A DNA stretch of 63,734 bases, the filler included, from Folioceros fuciformis (taxonomy: Eukaryota), in the NCBI GenBank assembly GCA_049999805.1. It is 5 parts of 5 records of this genome, joined end to end, with 100 filler letters (N's around TTAATTAATTAA, not from the genome) between each part and the next. Parts side by side here need not be neighbours in the genome. Positions count along the whole stretch, not along the records: positions 1 to 21,515 come from JBNGIO010006217.1; positions 21,616 to 42,248 come from JBNGIO010006220.1; 3 more parts are not named here. One strand, 5' to 3'. A program made the translations under genes and the position numbers. The first letter of the stretch is position 1. Every line of letters starts with the position of its first letter. This document shows, piece by piece, positions 12,847 through 24,607 of the stretch. Below the pieces are notes generated by a model. It was not told where the DNA came from, searched no databases, and saw only the letters and a list, made by a program, of their open reading frames with translations.

Positions 12847-15800
12847 TCATACTTCGTCGTTTTTGTTCATGAGATTCTTTGCCTCCGTCAGCTCCTGACT
12901 TAACTGCTTAAGATATCCCAGTAGTCGTGCACCCTGCTCATGCCTGCGGTCTCCCACTAAAAATTTATGCACCTTATGGTTATACTCGATCCAGCTTTGG
13001 CCAGGACTCTTCTTCCAAGCCCGAGCTCTCTGCCTCAGCTCGTCTATCTCTTTCGCGCTGTCCCACATTCCCGCATCAGCATAGATGTTCAACATGAGAA
13101 CATATGCTGCAGCTTCTTGGGGATTCATTTCTATAGCGCGGTCGAAGGCTCGCCTTCCCAACACAGCATTGCCATGCTTCTGACACGCGCCAAGCAAGGA
13201 TAACCACACAGCAAGGTCAGGCTCAACTGGCATTCTCACAAGCAAATCTTCTGCCTTGTAAAAGAGGCCTGCTCGGCCAACCAGATCGATCACACAACCG
13301 TAGTGTTCTAACTGCGCATTGATACCGTAATCTCTGCTCATGGTCTCGAAATATTTCAGCCCTTCATCCACCCTGCAGGCGTGACTACAAGCTGAGAGGA
13401 GAGCCAAAAATGTGACACTATCAGGTCTCATTCCTGACAGACACAAGCGTTCATAACATTCAACACTTGTGTCCCACAATCCAAGGCGAGCATATCCAGC
13501 AATGAGTGCATTCCATGAAACAAGATCAGGATATGGCAGTGTGTCAAAAACTCGCTGAGCATACACCATGGTCCCACACTTGCCGTAGGCGTGAATAAGA
13601 CTGTTCGCAACGAAAGGATCGGACTCTATCCCAGCTTCTAGTATACTTTGGTGGATGTCCGAACACATATCTAAGGCTCCAGTTCTGCTGCATGCTTCTA
13701 ATACTGACAGGAATGTAATCTCATCTGGCTTCATCCCGTCTGCCTGCATTGCTGCATAAATCTGCAAAGCCGTCTCTCCTTGGTCCTGCTGGATATGTGC
13801 TGTAAGCATTGTGTTCCATGACACCACATTGCGATGTGGCAAGCTGTCAAAGACTCGTTGTGCATCCTGGATGCTCCCACACATCGAGTACATGCTAACC
13901 AAAGCATTGCCAACAAAAATATCTCCTTCAAATCCTCTTGCAGCGGCATCGGCATGGATCTCCTTCCCCTTTACCAGTGCGACCTCGTTCACATTTTGAC
14001 CATCCACAGGCACACTTGTCTCCTCGTCTGCAAGGACGGCACAAGCTTGAAGAGCATTGACGTAGGTCTGAGCATCTGGTAGAGCACCCTCTTCCTGCAT
14101 TTGATGATAGATCTGCAAACCCATTGCGCCTTGGCCCTGCTGGACATAAGCTCCAAGCATAGCTGTCCATAACACAACATCTTTTACAGACAAGGTATCA
14201 AACACCTGTCGAGCATCTGCTACGCTCCCACACTTCGCGTACATACTAACCAGAGAACTACCAACAAACACATCTGACTCAAAACCCAAGCTCGTAGCTA
14301 AAGCGTGCAGCCCCTTCACCTTGGTCAGTGACTCTGCCTTGATATTTTTCCCACGTTCCGCCACAGATACTTCCTTTTCTGCAATCGCACCGCAGGCTTG
14401 GAGGGCACTTACAAGAGTTCGAGCATCTGGCCTCACGCCTTGCTCTTGCATTTGCTCAAATATGCGCCAGCCCATATCTCCTTCATTCTGCTGAGCATAT
14501 GCTGCAACAATGGCAGTCCATGAAACGACATCACGCTGGGACAAACCATCAAACACCTGCTGTGCATCCATGATACTTCCGCATTTTCCATACATGCTAA
14601 CAAAGGCGCTACCAACAAATATATCGAATTCGCAGCCACATTTCACAGCGTGACCGTGTATCTCTTTTCCTTGGTGCAGTGATTTGACCTTGATGTTACG
14701 GCCATCCACAACTACAAGTTCCTCCTGTCCTGCAAGAATGGCACACGCTTGCACAGCGCTGGCAATAGTCCGAGCATCTGGTCTCACGCCTTTCCCCTGC
14801 ATTTGGGCCAAAATCCGCAACCCCTTTTCTCCAGCGTTCTCTTGTACATACGCTGCAAGGAGCGCATTCCATAACGCAACATCAGCCTGTGACATTTTAT
14901 CAAACACCTGCTGTGCGTTCATGATGCTCCCACACTTGGCATACATACATACCAGCGTGCTACCAACAAAGCCATCTGATTCAAAACCCATCTTCACCGC
15001 CGCAGCATGAATTTCCTTCCCCTTCCGCAACGACTCCACCTTCACGTTGTGCCCGTCAAGAAGTGTAGATTCCTCAGTATCTGCAACGATTCCACATGCT
15101 TGAACTGCCCTAAGAAACGTTCGAGCATCTGGTCTCAGTCCCAACTCTTGTATATGCTGATAGGTTTGCAGGACCCTCTCTCCTTGACCCTGCTGAGCAT
15201 ATGCTGCCAGCATCGCATTCCAAGAAACTATACTGCGTTCTGTCAATCTGTTGAAGACATTTTGAGCATCCTCCACACTCCCACATTTCGCATACATATT
15301 TATCAAAGTGTTACTAACAAACACATCCGCTTCAACACCCCTTCTGACGGCTTCTGCATGTATTTGCCTTCCCTTTCGAAGTGACTCGACTCTCACCTTT
15401 TGACCACACAAGAGTGCACTTTCCTCCCTGTCTGCAAGGCTGGCACACGCTTGGAGGGCGCTGACAAAGGTTCGAGCATCTGGACTGACCCCTTCCTCTT
15501 GCATTTGCCAATAGATCTGCAAGCCTTTCTCCCCTTGATTCTGTTGAGCATATGCCGCAACCATTGCATTCCACGACACCACATCACGATGTGACAGGGC
15601 ATCAAAGACCTGTTGCGCAGACAAAATGCTCTTGCACTTTGCATACATACTTACCAAAGTGCTACCAACAAACACATCAGATTCAAACCCATGTCTGCGA
15701 GCATCAGCATGAATTCGCTTGCCCTCTTCTAGGTCTTCCAACTTGCTACAGGCCTTCAGCAAGGTAACAAACGTATACTTATCAGGCTGCACACCTTCCC

Positions 15801-16436
15801 GTATCATCTGTTGATAGAATCTGAGAGCCTCCCGACATTGACCAGCATTAGTAAACCCTGAAATAATTGCGGTCCAGGAGAAAACACTTCGATTTGGCAG
15901 TCTGTGAAACAAGTGCAGACCATCCGCAAGACTTCCACAACTGACCAGTGTTGTAACCAGAAGCTCCCCCAAGCTACTGTTTACTTCCAACCCATGTTTT
16001 CCCAAGTGAGCATGCAACTGCTTGGCCCCAGCCAGAGATTTCTTCTTCACACACATGTGCAACAGACTCTTATACAAATGCATCGGAAGCACACTGCCCT
16101 GCTGATCGATGGGCAGCAGGGCAACCAGCGCCTTGTCAAGCCTTCCCTCTCGACATGAATCTTCCAGCTCATACACAAGACCAGAGGCCCCCAGGGTAAG
16201 GGGTAGCCTGCACAACGCGCAAGTCCAACGATCTTAGGGGAAAATTCTCCGCCACCAACAGTCTGGCCTGCATTGCAACAATCCACAATCCTTGATATTG
16301 AAACAACGTCTCTCTGACCCGTCCCTGCATACCTTCCATTTCCAGTCCTGCAGGCAAATGCAGCAGCGGGATAAGCCAAATGCTCCAGCGCCACGAGCCC
16401 AGATTGAGGGACAGTTGGGAGATGCAACGTCGCCAT
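12847..16436 (-). CDS. PLS-class PPR protein, E1-E2-E+ (PG box, no deaminase core), organellar RNA-editing-factor type
   Basis: Long open exon 16207-12847 with about 7 P-L-S triplets, HYGCVIDLVGRAG, E motifs and KKSPGQSWIE..HKFLVGDRRH. Probable exon 1 at 16436-16333 (MATLHLPTVPQSG..., transit-peptide-like) joins through a phase-2 GTATGC..TGCAG intron. Confidence 0.92.
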
Positions 16437-16716
16437 CAATCCATCCCAATCTACAACAAGTGCTCCCACAGCATACGCTGCGTTTTCTACTTGGGTAATC
16501 GAGGAATTTTCTTGCTCGTGTCACTAAGCCACGTATTTATCAACTACCATGACAAGATCCCTGACAAACCGCAGAAGCCAATACTCAGGAGGGCCGTCTC
16601 GGACAAGCGATCGTGTGCGGCTTACATCTGCATTGTTGTTCTTCTTTCCATCTTATTATCATGCATTCAATTTCAATGTGAGAGCTCACGTCGGTGTTCA
16701 GAGCATCCAGATGTTG

Positions 16717-18138
16717 TCACGATGGGAGGCGAAGGGCCTCTACAAGAGTCTTGCCTTCTGGCCCTTTAGAGAAGACCTCGATGAAGTAGTTCCTGAATTT
16801 GACGGAGTCACAGCGAGGCGCATCCGCCTCGCTGATGAGCTCAGGAATGGGAGCGAGTACACAAGTACAGGATGGAATGAAGAAGGCGGCCAGACAGAAC
16901 CGCTCTTTGACACTGTTCACCAGCGCTCTGTGCACTATGCTTCTGTGCTTCCCATTGGAGAGGACCTGCAGACGAAACGTTTCTCAGTCGTGCGGGTAAG
17001 ATCATCATGGTAGATGAACCTGAGAGAGGCTGGCAGACTCCTACCTCCAGACAATCCTCGATGTTCACCACCAGAGCACCAGGGACGGGATCAACGAGCA
17101 CCCAGGACTTCCCTTCCGGACGGACCTGAAGCCCCGGGACTTTGCTTTGTAGCAGAATGGTAATGACGCTGCCATCGCTGTGGGAAAGAGTTCCCAGAGT
17201 GTGCTCTTGCTTGGGGCAGGGTGGGTACAGATTCTCCCGTAGAACACTGCCCATGTCACCGTTGGTGTCCAACATGTCATGGAGGTAGGATTCCTCCAGT
17301 CCCAAGTTCATGCTCAAAATTTCCAACACAGTCCTCGCCAGCTGCTCCACGTCCAACTGGTACTTCTCAATAACCTCCCTCCATCGTTGTTCAGACAATT
17401 TTGAAACATCATCCACGACAAGGAAGATATCATTCAGCAGCAAGCACGCTGTGTTACCGATATTTAGGTGGCTTGTCCGGCCATTCCAGGTTTCTCAGAG
17501 AAACTGGTGAGAGTGTATGGGCTAGAACGTCGTTCCAGTTCTTTGTTTTTCCAGGGTGCTCGTAAAATCGGCCATAGCCAGAGTATATGTCGGGCTTCAC
17601 AGCGTACTGTAGTTTAGTCTCGAACGGCATATCAAAGAACTGTTTGCAAACCTCCAAAGAATCAGCCATCACCAACTCCGGGACTCCATGATTCACCACC
17701 TGACAATTGCGTGAAACAAGTGGCGGTCACGGCATGTGAGAAGCAGGAAGGAGCTGTGTTGGAGCACATGCGAGATTCACCCGAAACAAGCCCCAATCCT
17801 GGCACGCAAGACGGATGTCCTCTGTCACTTTCTTCCTGACAGCCTCATCCTTGGAGAACCAGCCGGATAGGTGAATAACAGGAACTCCTTCCTCCTTGCC
17901 ATCTAAGTGTAGGGACGACAGATCACCATTGGGGCATGGGTGGTCAATGGGAGACTTCTGCCTAAATGCTTCAGGAACCTCCTGAATTCCTGCCTGCAGC
18001 ATGGGCTGGACCATGTTGTCTGTTCCCGCTCCTGCGGTGGATGCCTCGTCAACCAGGACCGAATTGGAAGCTATGGTCCCTTGCACTCCCAGACTTGACA
18101 GTCACAGTACCTTGGCCTGCGACCACCGGCATTTCCAT
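16717..18138 (-). CDS. 2-oxoglutarate/Fe(II)-dependent dioxygenase (DOXC class), 4 exons, possibly decaying
   Basis: Exons (18138 or 18014)-17781, 17699-17458, 17378-17045, 16965-16717. VPVIHL, ACQDWGLFRVVNHGV, NLYPPCP, HSD and distal H (SIVHRALVN). The 5' end is uncertain. Confidence 0.85.
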
Positions 18139-18452
18139 CCTCAGCTTTAAATTCCTGCTAAGAATATTTCATCGTCTACATGAGCGGGGAAGAGGCAAGG
18201 CCAAGTCACCATTTCGTCCATGCTCTGCATCAGTAGGTTCAGGCAAGGTTGGCGGCCATCGAACCTGCCCGTAGTAGCTCCGTTCCTTGCACCACCGGAT
18301 AACGTGGCCCCAACTGTTGCCGGCATCCCTCGAATTCTTACGGCACATGACGCCGCAGACACAGGAATGGAACGCGCACATCAGTTTCCCGGCGAAAAGC
18401 AGACCTAGATCGCTCGGATTTGAGCAGGTGCAGGTAGAGCTCGCATCAGGTC

Positions 18453-19710
18453 ATGGCGATGTGCGTGGCTGCGCTGCCGTGGTCGGAAACCTTTCACTGC
18501 CGCAGCACGATCCGCTCGTCTTCGGAGGGGAGAAGTTTGGGTGTAGTGATCACCGGCGGAAGTAAGGGCCTTGGGTTTGCCCTTGCTCGCGAGTTTCTGT
18601 CCGCCGAGGACAATGTTATACTGTGCGCTCGTGACGAGGGGCGGCTCGGGTCTGCTACCGCTGCATTGCAGGTATTGTGTAGCTGGTTCTCGCCCTTGCC
18701 GTTTGCAGGATGGAACATGAATGCTCTTAGCAGCTGGGTTTCCTGGGAATGTACGTTGTGCAGGCCCAGTTCCCGAATGGGCAGGTTCACAGCATGGTCT
18801 GCGATGTTTCAGTTCCGGGCAACGTAGCAGAGTTTGCTGCCTTCGCCAAAGAGAAGTTGGGGATTGTGCACCTTTGGCTCAACAATGCTGGTCTGTACGA
18901 AATACACTTCCTCCCTCCCTCCAGCATGTGCAGTTCGTCTCTGGAACCGACCAGAGTTTTTAGCTGAGGCATCTGTGGCCTAGTGCGGTCTTCTGCACAG
19001 GGGAGGTGACGCGAAAGAAACTGCTGGCTGATTTGGAGGCAGAGGAGATCGTCAGGGTGGCCAACAGCAACGTGCTGGGGTCTTTGCTCTGTTGCAGAGA
19101 GGCTATCCGAGTGATGAGGACTCAGCCTTTAACGGCTGCTCCCAGATACCACATATTCAACATGGGTTTCTCTAGGTGGGGAGCCAATTTCACCAAATCT
19201 TCAGCTACGCACAAATCCACAAAAGTTGCCCTCACTCAGCTCACTCAGAGCCTGTCCACTGAGCTGCAGGAAGAAGGTTCTTGTCTTGTTTTGACTTTCA
19301 CCTGGTACCCTGATTAACAAACAGTAGCTTGTTGCAATTGTCTTCTCGACTGAAGTTCGTGTGCATTGTCTTGTACAGGAATTTCCAGCATAGGAGTGCA
19401 TAATCTGTCACCAGGATTGGTTCTTACGGATCTTCTCCTTAAGGATTCCACTCCTGTTGCTCGTAGGTTCTTTAACTCATTAGCGGAAGAACCTGAAACA
19501 GTGGCTGCGGCCTTAACACCTCAGATACGAGGTGTAGAAGGGACCTGCCAAAGCATACAGTTCTTATCACCACCAATTGCACTTGTGAGAGTCTTAGGAG
19601 GTGTCCCTCAGATTGTACTAGGGGGTAGGTTTTTTGACAAGGATGGCAAGAGGGTGGAGGTTGCTGGATGCAAGTACAAGGAGAACGGAGTACGACTACT
19701 CTACGATTGA
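18453..19710 (+). CDS. Short-chain dehydrogenase/reductase related to chlorophyll b reductase NOL/NYC1, 4 exons
   Basis: Exons 18453-18671, 18764-18890, 19001-19276, 19379-19710. VVITGGSKGLGFALAREFL, WLNNAG, HIFNM, VHNLSPGLVLTDLLL, FFNSLAEEPETVA and RFFDKDG are NOL-family signatures. Active site reads HKSTK. Confidence 0.85.
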
Positions 19711-19933
19711 AAAGAAAATTTATCTAACGGCCTTTATTTAGAAACAAACTGGAAACCAAAACTATTTAGCTTCCAATCAGGTGAGAGAAGGTGACAACCG
19801 TCAAGGTGATCGGGCCATTGGGGCTAAAAGGTGATGAGTATCAAAGGTGGCAAAGGTGGTTGAGTATTGGGGCTAGCTCTTGAAATTGCTTAAAATTGGC
19901 AAAGCCTAAAAACTTCTGCTTAAAACCACCAAG

Positions 19934-20087
19934 CATATCTCAGATATCATGGATCAAGAGGAGGAAGGTGAAGGCTCTTCNNNNNNNNNNCATATCTCAG
20001 ATATCATGGATCAAGAGGAGGAAGGTGAAGGCTCTTCCTTTGACATATCTCAGATATCATGGATCAAGAGGAGGAAGGTGAAGGCTC
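19934..20087. repeat. Three copies of a roughly 45-55 bp direct repeat around a 10-N gap
   Basis: catatctcagatatcatggatcaagaggaggaaggtgaaggctct at 19934, 19991 and about 20044. Confidence 0.85.
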
Positions 20088-20780
20088 TACTCAAAGGAAG
20101 AGGAAGGGTTTACATGCCATTGTTGAAAGCCCACTTCACACCATCTCTCTTACCATTATTATTGTTCTTAATAATAATATGGCATTAGTGAATGCCATAT
20201 TGTCAAGCAATGACTAACCCCCTCTTGAAGAGAAAGAGTCTACTTGTCATTGTTGAAGGTCCTACCTGATGCCACCTCTCCTACCATTGTTGTTGTCCTC
20301 TATATGACATTAGAAAATACTAAAGCAATGACAAAGACGAACTTCATGTCATAAAACAAGTTCCAAGATAGATAGATTTCATAGTTAAAGGATGTCAACA
20401 TGCTAACGTCCTCCATAATCATTAACAACTATGGTATTTACACCAATGGGAGAAAGATGTGAAGTTTAATGCAAACACATAACAAGCAAAAAGTTTTGAT
20501 TTCACACTCTAGAGGCAGGGCCAATGTACTGAGGCTTTACAATTTGCAATTAAATAAAACCAGGATGTCAATGAGCCCTCGTATGCTCAAATGCTTTATT
20601 CAAAACTAAGTGGGTTCTCCTCACTCCAATGACAATGTAGCTTCAAGAATTAAAAAAAAATGGTGCTTGAGTTACAAAACATGTAATTTATAAGTGAAAA
20701 ATAAAAAATGGGATTGGTCTTCTTGTTTCACATATTGTAACATTTTTTTCGACAAAGGGTTTCCATCACTTTGCAACGAG

Positions 20781-21070
20781 CGTTGGCATTAGTTGGCTAA
20801 TGCCATATACAAGATGACAACGTTGGTTAATGTCATATACAAGATGACAACATTGGCTAATGCCATATACAAGATCACAACATTGGCTAATGCCATATAC
20901 GAGATGACAACGTTGGCTAATCCCATGTACGAGATGACAACGTTGGCTAATCCCATGTACGAGATGACAACGTTGGCTAATACCATATATAAGATGACAA
21001 CGTTGGCTAATGTCATATATAAGATGACAACATTGGCTAATGCCATATACAAAGATGATAATGTTGCCAA
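20781..21070. repeat. 30-bp minisatellite, about 9 copies
   Basis: Unit cgttggctaatgccatatacaagatgacaa with variants. It generates the spurious repetitive ORFs 20789-21070 and 20793-21155. Confidence 0.92.
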
Positions 21071-21515
21071 GACAGCAGCGCTGGCAACTCTAGTGGTAGG
21101 CAGACCCTTTCTTCTTCTAGATCATGATGTTTTAGGTGCTATTGGTAGTCATTAGGTTTCAAGGAGTTAGCCCGTAGTGTCCTTATCATGGGTTATATCA
21201 TGGGTTATCTCCCTCTCTAGAGGTAGACGGAATTTCCTTTCTTGCTTTTCTAAAAAAATAAGATAATATATTTATAACTATATTTAAATACAAGAATGGT
21301 TATGGTCTCTCGTGAGTTGGAGAATGGGAACAAAATGTAACTATTTTATCTCTCTCTTAGTTACCATTTATGTTTGACAACAAGTCTCGATTATAAATTA
21401 AAGGCAATAATAATTTTTAAATACTATGCCTAGAAAAAATATATATAAGGTTTTTCATTATCCTTAATAACTAATTATAAAACAATTTCTTAAAATTTTA
21501 AACTATAAAACAACC

Positions 21516-21615
21516 NNNNNNNNNNNNNNNNNNNNNNNNNNNNNNNNNNNNNNNNNNNNTTAATTAATTAANNNNNNNNNNNNNNNNNNNNNNNNNNNNN
21601 NNNNNNNNNNNNNNN
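21516..21615. other. Artificial contig linker N44-TTAATTAATTAA-N44
   Basis: All-frame stop 12-mer centred in Ns; the same layout recurs four times. Confidence 0.95.
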
Positions 21616-24607
21616 TACATAATGTTCTTGATGGATGAAGAAAGAGTGGTCCTCCTTGTTGTGTTCGAACTGTACCCCTAGTGCATACCATAGGGGTCCC
21701 ATGTCTACAACTCATACTCCTTTGACAGTAGGTCTCTCACATACTTGATAATCTCGGGACTGTCTCCAAAAACGAAGTTGTCGTTGACATACAGTGTAAC
21801 TATCGCGAATTTTTCCTTTGTTCTCAGGATGTAGACGCTGGTATCGGAGATGAGGGGAATGAAACCGCACTTCTTCAAGTATGTGTCCACAGTTTTGTTC
21901 CATACTTGTGCAGATTGCTTAAGTCCGTAAATAGACTTGAGTAGTTTGCACACTTTTCTGCTGTCCTTGATGAAGCCTGGTGGTTGAAGCATATAGATAT
22001 CTTTGTGTAGTGTGTCATACAAGAATGCCGTTTTTACATCTACCAGGTGGATGTGCAGGTGATGATGGGCTGCAAAGGCTAGCAGTATCCTGATTGAGGT
22101 TGCCTTCACCACAGGGCTGAACAGCCTGTTCTCCTCATAATCATAACCTGGTACCTGGGTGAAGCCACGGGCTACCAGCCTGGACTTGTATCTTGAAACA
22201 ATCCCATCGGCGTTGAGTTTTCTTCTGAAGGTCCATTTACAAGAGATTGGTTTGCATCCAGCAGGCAGGTTAGTGAGCTTCCAAGTATTACTGGTTATTA
22301 AGGAGTCGTATTCAGACTAGACAGATGCCTTCCACTTGGGTGTACTAAGAGCTTCTTCTTATATATATATATATATATATACATCTAAACGATGCTCTGA
22401 TACTATGTAAATTAACCTATTAGTAGGAAGTGAGATTTTTGTCTTAAATTACATTCTATTTCTTATATTGAGCATAATGATAAAGTACAAAGGTAGGTGT
22501 TTCTTTTATAGGTGCCCGGGGCACCTCTTTGCTAGGGGTGTGACCGTTCGGGGGTATAGTGGGATTAACCTAACTTGAACTGACTACTAACTGGGGTTAT
22601 GGGTTACTTAGCAGAAGAAACTGTTTCTAACAATCTAGTAGGGCAATGGTAAGGTGGCCTGATGCAGCAAGGAGGAAACCATCTCCTGCAACGTCATTTT
22701 GCTGTGGTGTATACACAACAGTGAGTTATCGCCCAATACCCTCCTCTGCACAGTATGTCTGAAATTTGTTAGATGTGAATTCTCCTCCGTTATTTGATCG
22801 GAGGGTCTTAAGCTGTTTTCTTATCCATCTCTCAACAAATTTTAAGTAAGTTTTGAATTGAGAGAAGGCTTCACTCTTGGCCTTCAAGATATAAGCCATG
22901 ACAAATATGGTCTTGTCATCAGCGAAGGTTAGGAGATACTTGCCACCACCTATTGAAGGCTGTGACAATGGCCCACAAATGTCAGAGTGGACTAATTTGA
23001 GGACATCAGAAGCTCTGTGTGGACTCCTGTTTTTGAAGGCTGCTTGGTGACGCTTGGATAACACACAAGCTTCACACAGGGGTAAGATAGGAAGAGTGCC
23101 AATCTTTCCATCATAGTATACGTCACTGGTAGCAAGTTTTGGCAGCTTAGCACCATATGGATTACCTAACCTATTGTGCCATAATATGGCTTTGTCTGTT
23201 TGATGTGAAGGTGAGAGGTCACCTTGTGACGTCAAGTGGGACTGCATAGGAATACTGTGCAAGTGAAGTCGTAAAAGATCATGGTTAGAGGATCCATAAG
23301 CTAAGACCTTCGATGATCAAATGCATCTAGGATCTGACACTCTGTAGGGGTAAACAAAATGTGACTGTTGTTGTCTCTATTTAATTGCCTGACAGAAATG
23401 AGGTTCTTGGTCATTCCAGGCACATAGTAAACATTGGTGAGGGACAATTTTAGCCCTGAAGGAAGAGGAAGGAACACTGTGCCCTTACCTGGAGATACCA
23501 ATGCCCTGTCATCACCTAAATAGACAAACTGATCGTTTACTTGCCTGTAGGTGGCTAAGACACTTCTATCAAAGCAAATGTGTGTTGTTGCACTTGTGTC
23601 TAAGTACCACTCTTGAAATGGTCTAGACTCTGCTATTGCAGATAAGCATGTGGGAAAGACTAGAGGTTGAGTAAACTCCCTTACCCCTACTGTCAGGGCG
23701 GAAGGGGAGGATTGCTTCTTTACCACGACGTGTGTTTCAGCATTCACATTGCCCTTCTTGCGAGGTATGCCAGCCTGCTTTTTACGACACTCATTTCCCA
23801 ATGGCTGGGAATTTTGCACCAGTTGCATTTCTCGGTCTTTTTGGGTTTCTTCTGTGAGGAGGCTCCCGGTGAGCAAAAATACTACACTGTACAGCAGGTG
23901 TAGTATTTTTGCCTCTAGGGTATGGTTTGTTTCCTCTTCCCTTATATGAGGTGTAGAGTGCTTGCTGTTTCCCATGCTTAGGTCCACCTCTTGTGGCTTC
24001 TTCTTGAAGAAGAGCTCCCACTAACTTAGAGAAGGTCATGGGAGGTAGTTTGATCCTGGCAGTAGATGCCAGCTTCTGAGCTTGTGCTTGTGAAGTGTTA
24101 TACGAAGTCACAAAATTCGACCAAGAGGCAGGTAATGAAAGCATTAAATAGAGTGCTAACATATCTTCCTTGATGGCTTCCTGTGTTGTTCCTTCCAACT
24201 TAGAAACAAGATGTCTGAAAGTAGCAATGTGCTTTTACTGAGTCCCCATCTCGCATCCTGCAGAGTTGAAGGTTTTTGAGGGCTGTCATCTGACTGGTTG
24301 AATTTCCACCAGAGTAAAGCTCACGAAGTCTAGACCAGATATGTGATGCAGATACAGCTCTTGAAGTGTGCCTCAACATTTCAGAGGTTAGGCCACACCG
24401 TATCATGTACATGGCTGCGTCATTTCTGACTGTCCATGCCTTGACAATTGCTGCATCATCTGTATCTAACTCATCATCTCCGGTTGTTACATCCCAAAGT
24501 CCTTTGTTCTTAAGAGCACCTTGCATCCTCATCACCCAGATATCGTAATTCTCCCCTCCGAACCTGTCCTTTTCCTTAAACATGTCACTGCTTATGTTAT
24601 AGGACAA
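21616..24607 (-). mobile_element. Degenerate Ty1/Copia internal region (gag, protease, integrase, RT)
   Basis: gag FGGENYDIWVMRMQGAL and LMLSLPASW; protease WYLDTSATTH; GAG-pre-integrase WHNRLG..CEAC; integrase VHSDICGP and LRSNNGGEF; RT VDVKTAFL, KSIYGLKQS, LYVND. Many stops and frameshifts. Confidence 0.92.
22394..22632 (-). mobile_element. Nested LTR (about 227 bp, TG..CA) with tRNA-Met-type PBS, truncated
   Basis: gctctgatacta (reverse complement of the PBS, 1 mismatch) at 22394-22405, followed by tgtaaat...tctaaca. An (AT)n tract lies next to it, and it interrupts the host element between integrase and RT. Confidence 0.6.

Noticed and set aside
20781-21155. Repetitive ORFs (YMALANVVIL / MTTLANAIYK) and a CRISPR-like periodicity
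   Set aside because: Contiguous 30-bp minisatellite with no unique spacers and no cas genes.
21560-21571. Palindromic TTAATTAATTAA recurring at four sites
   Set aside because: It is always centred in N44 flanks, so it is an assembly linker. Adjacency across these points is not evidence of biological linkage.
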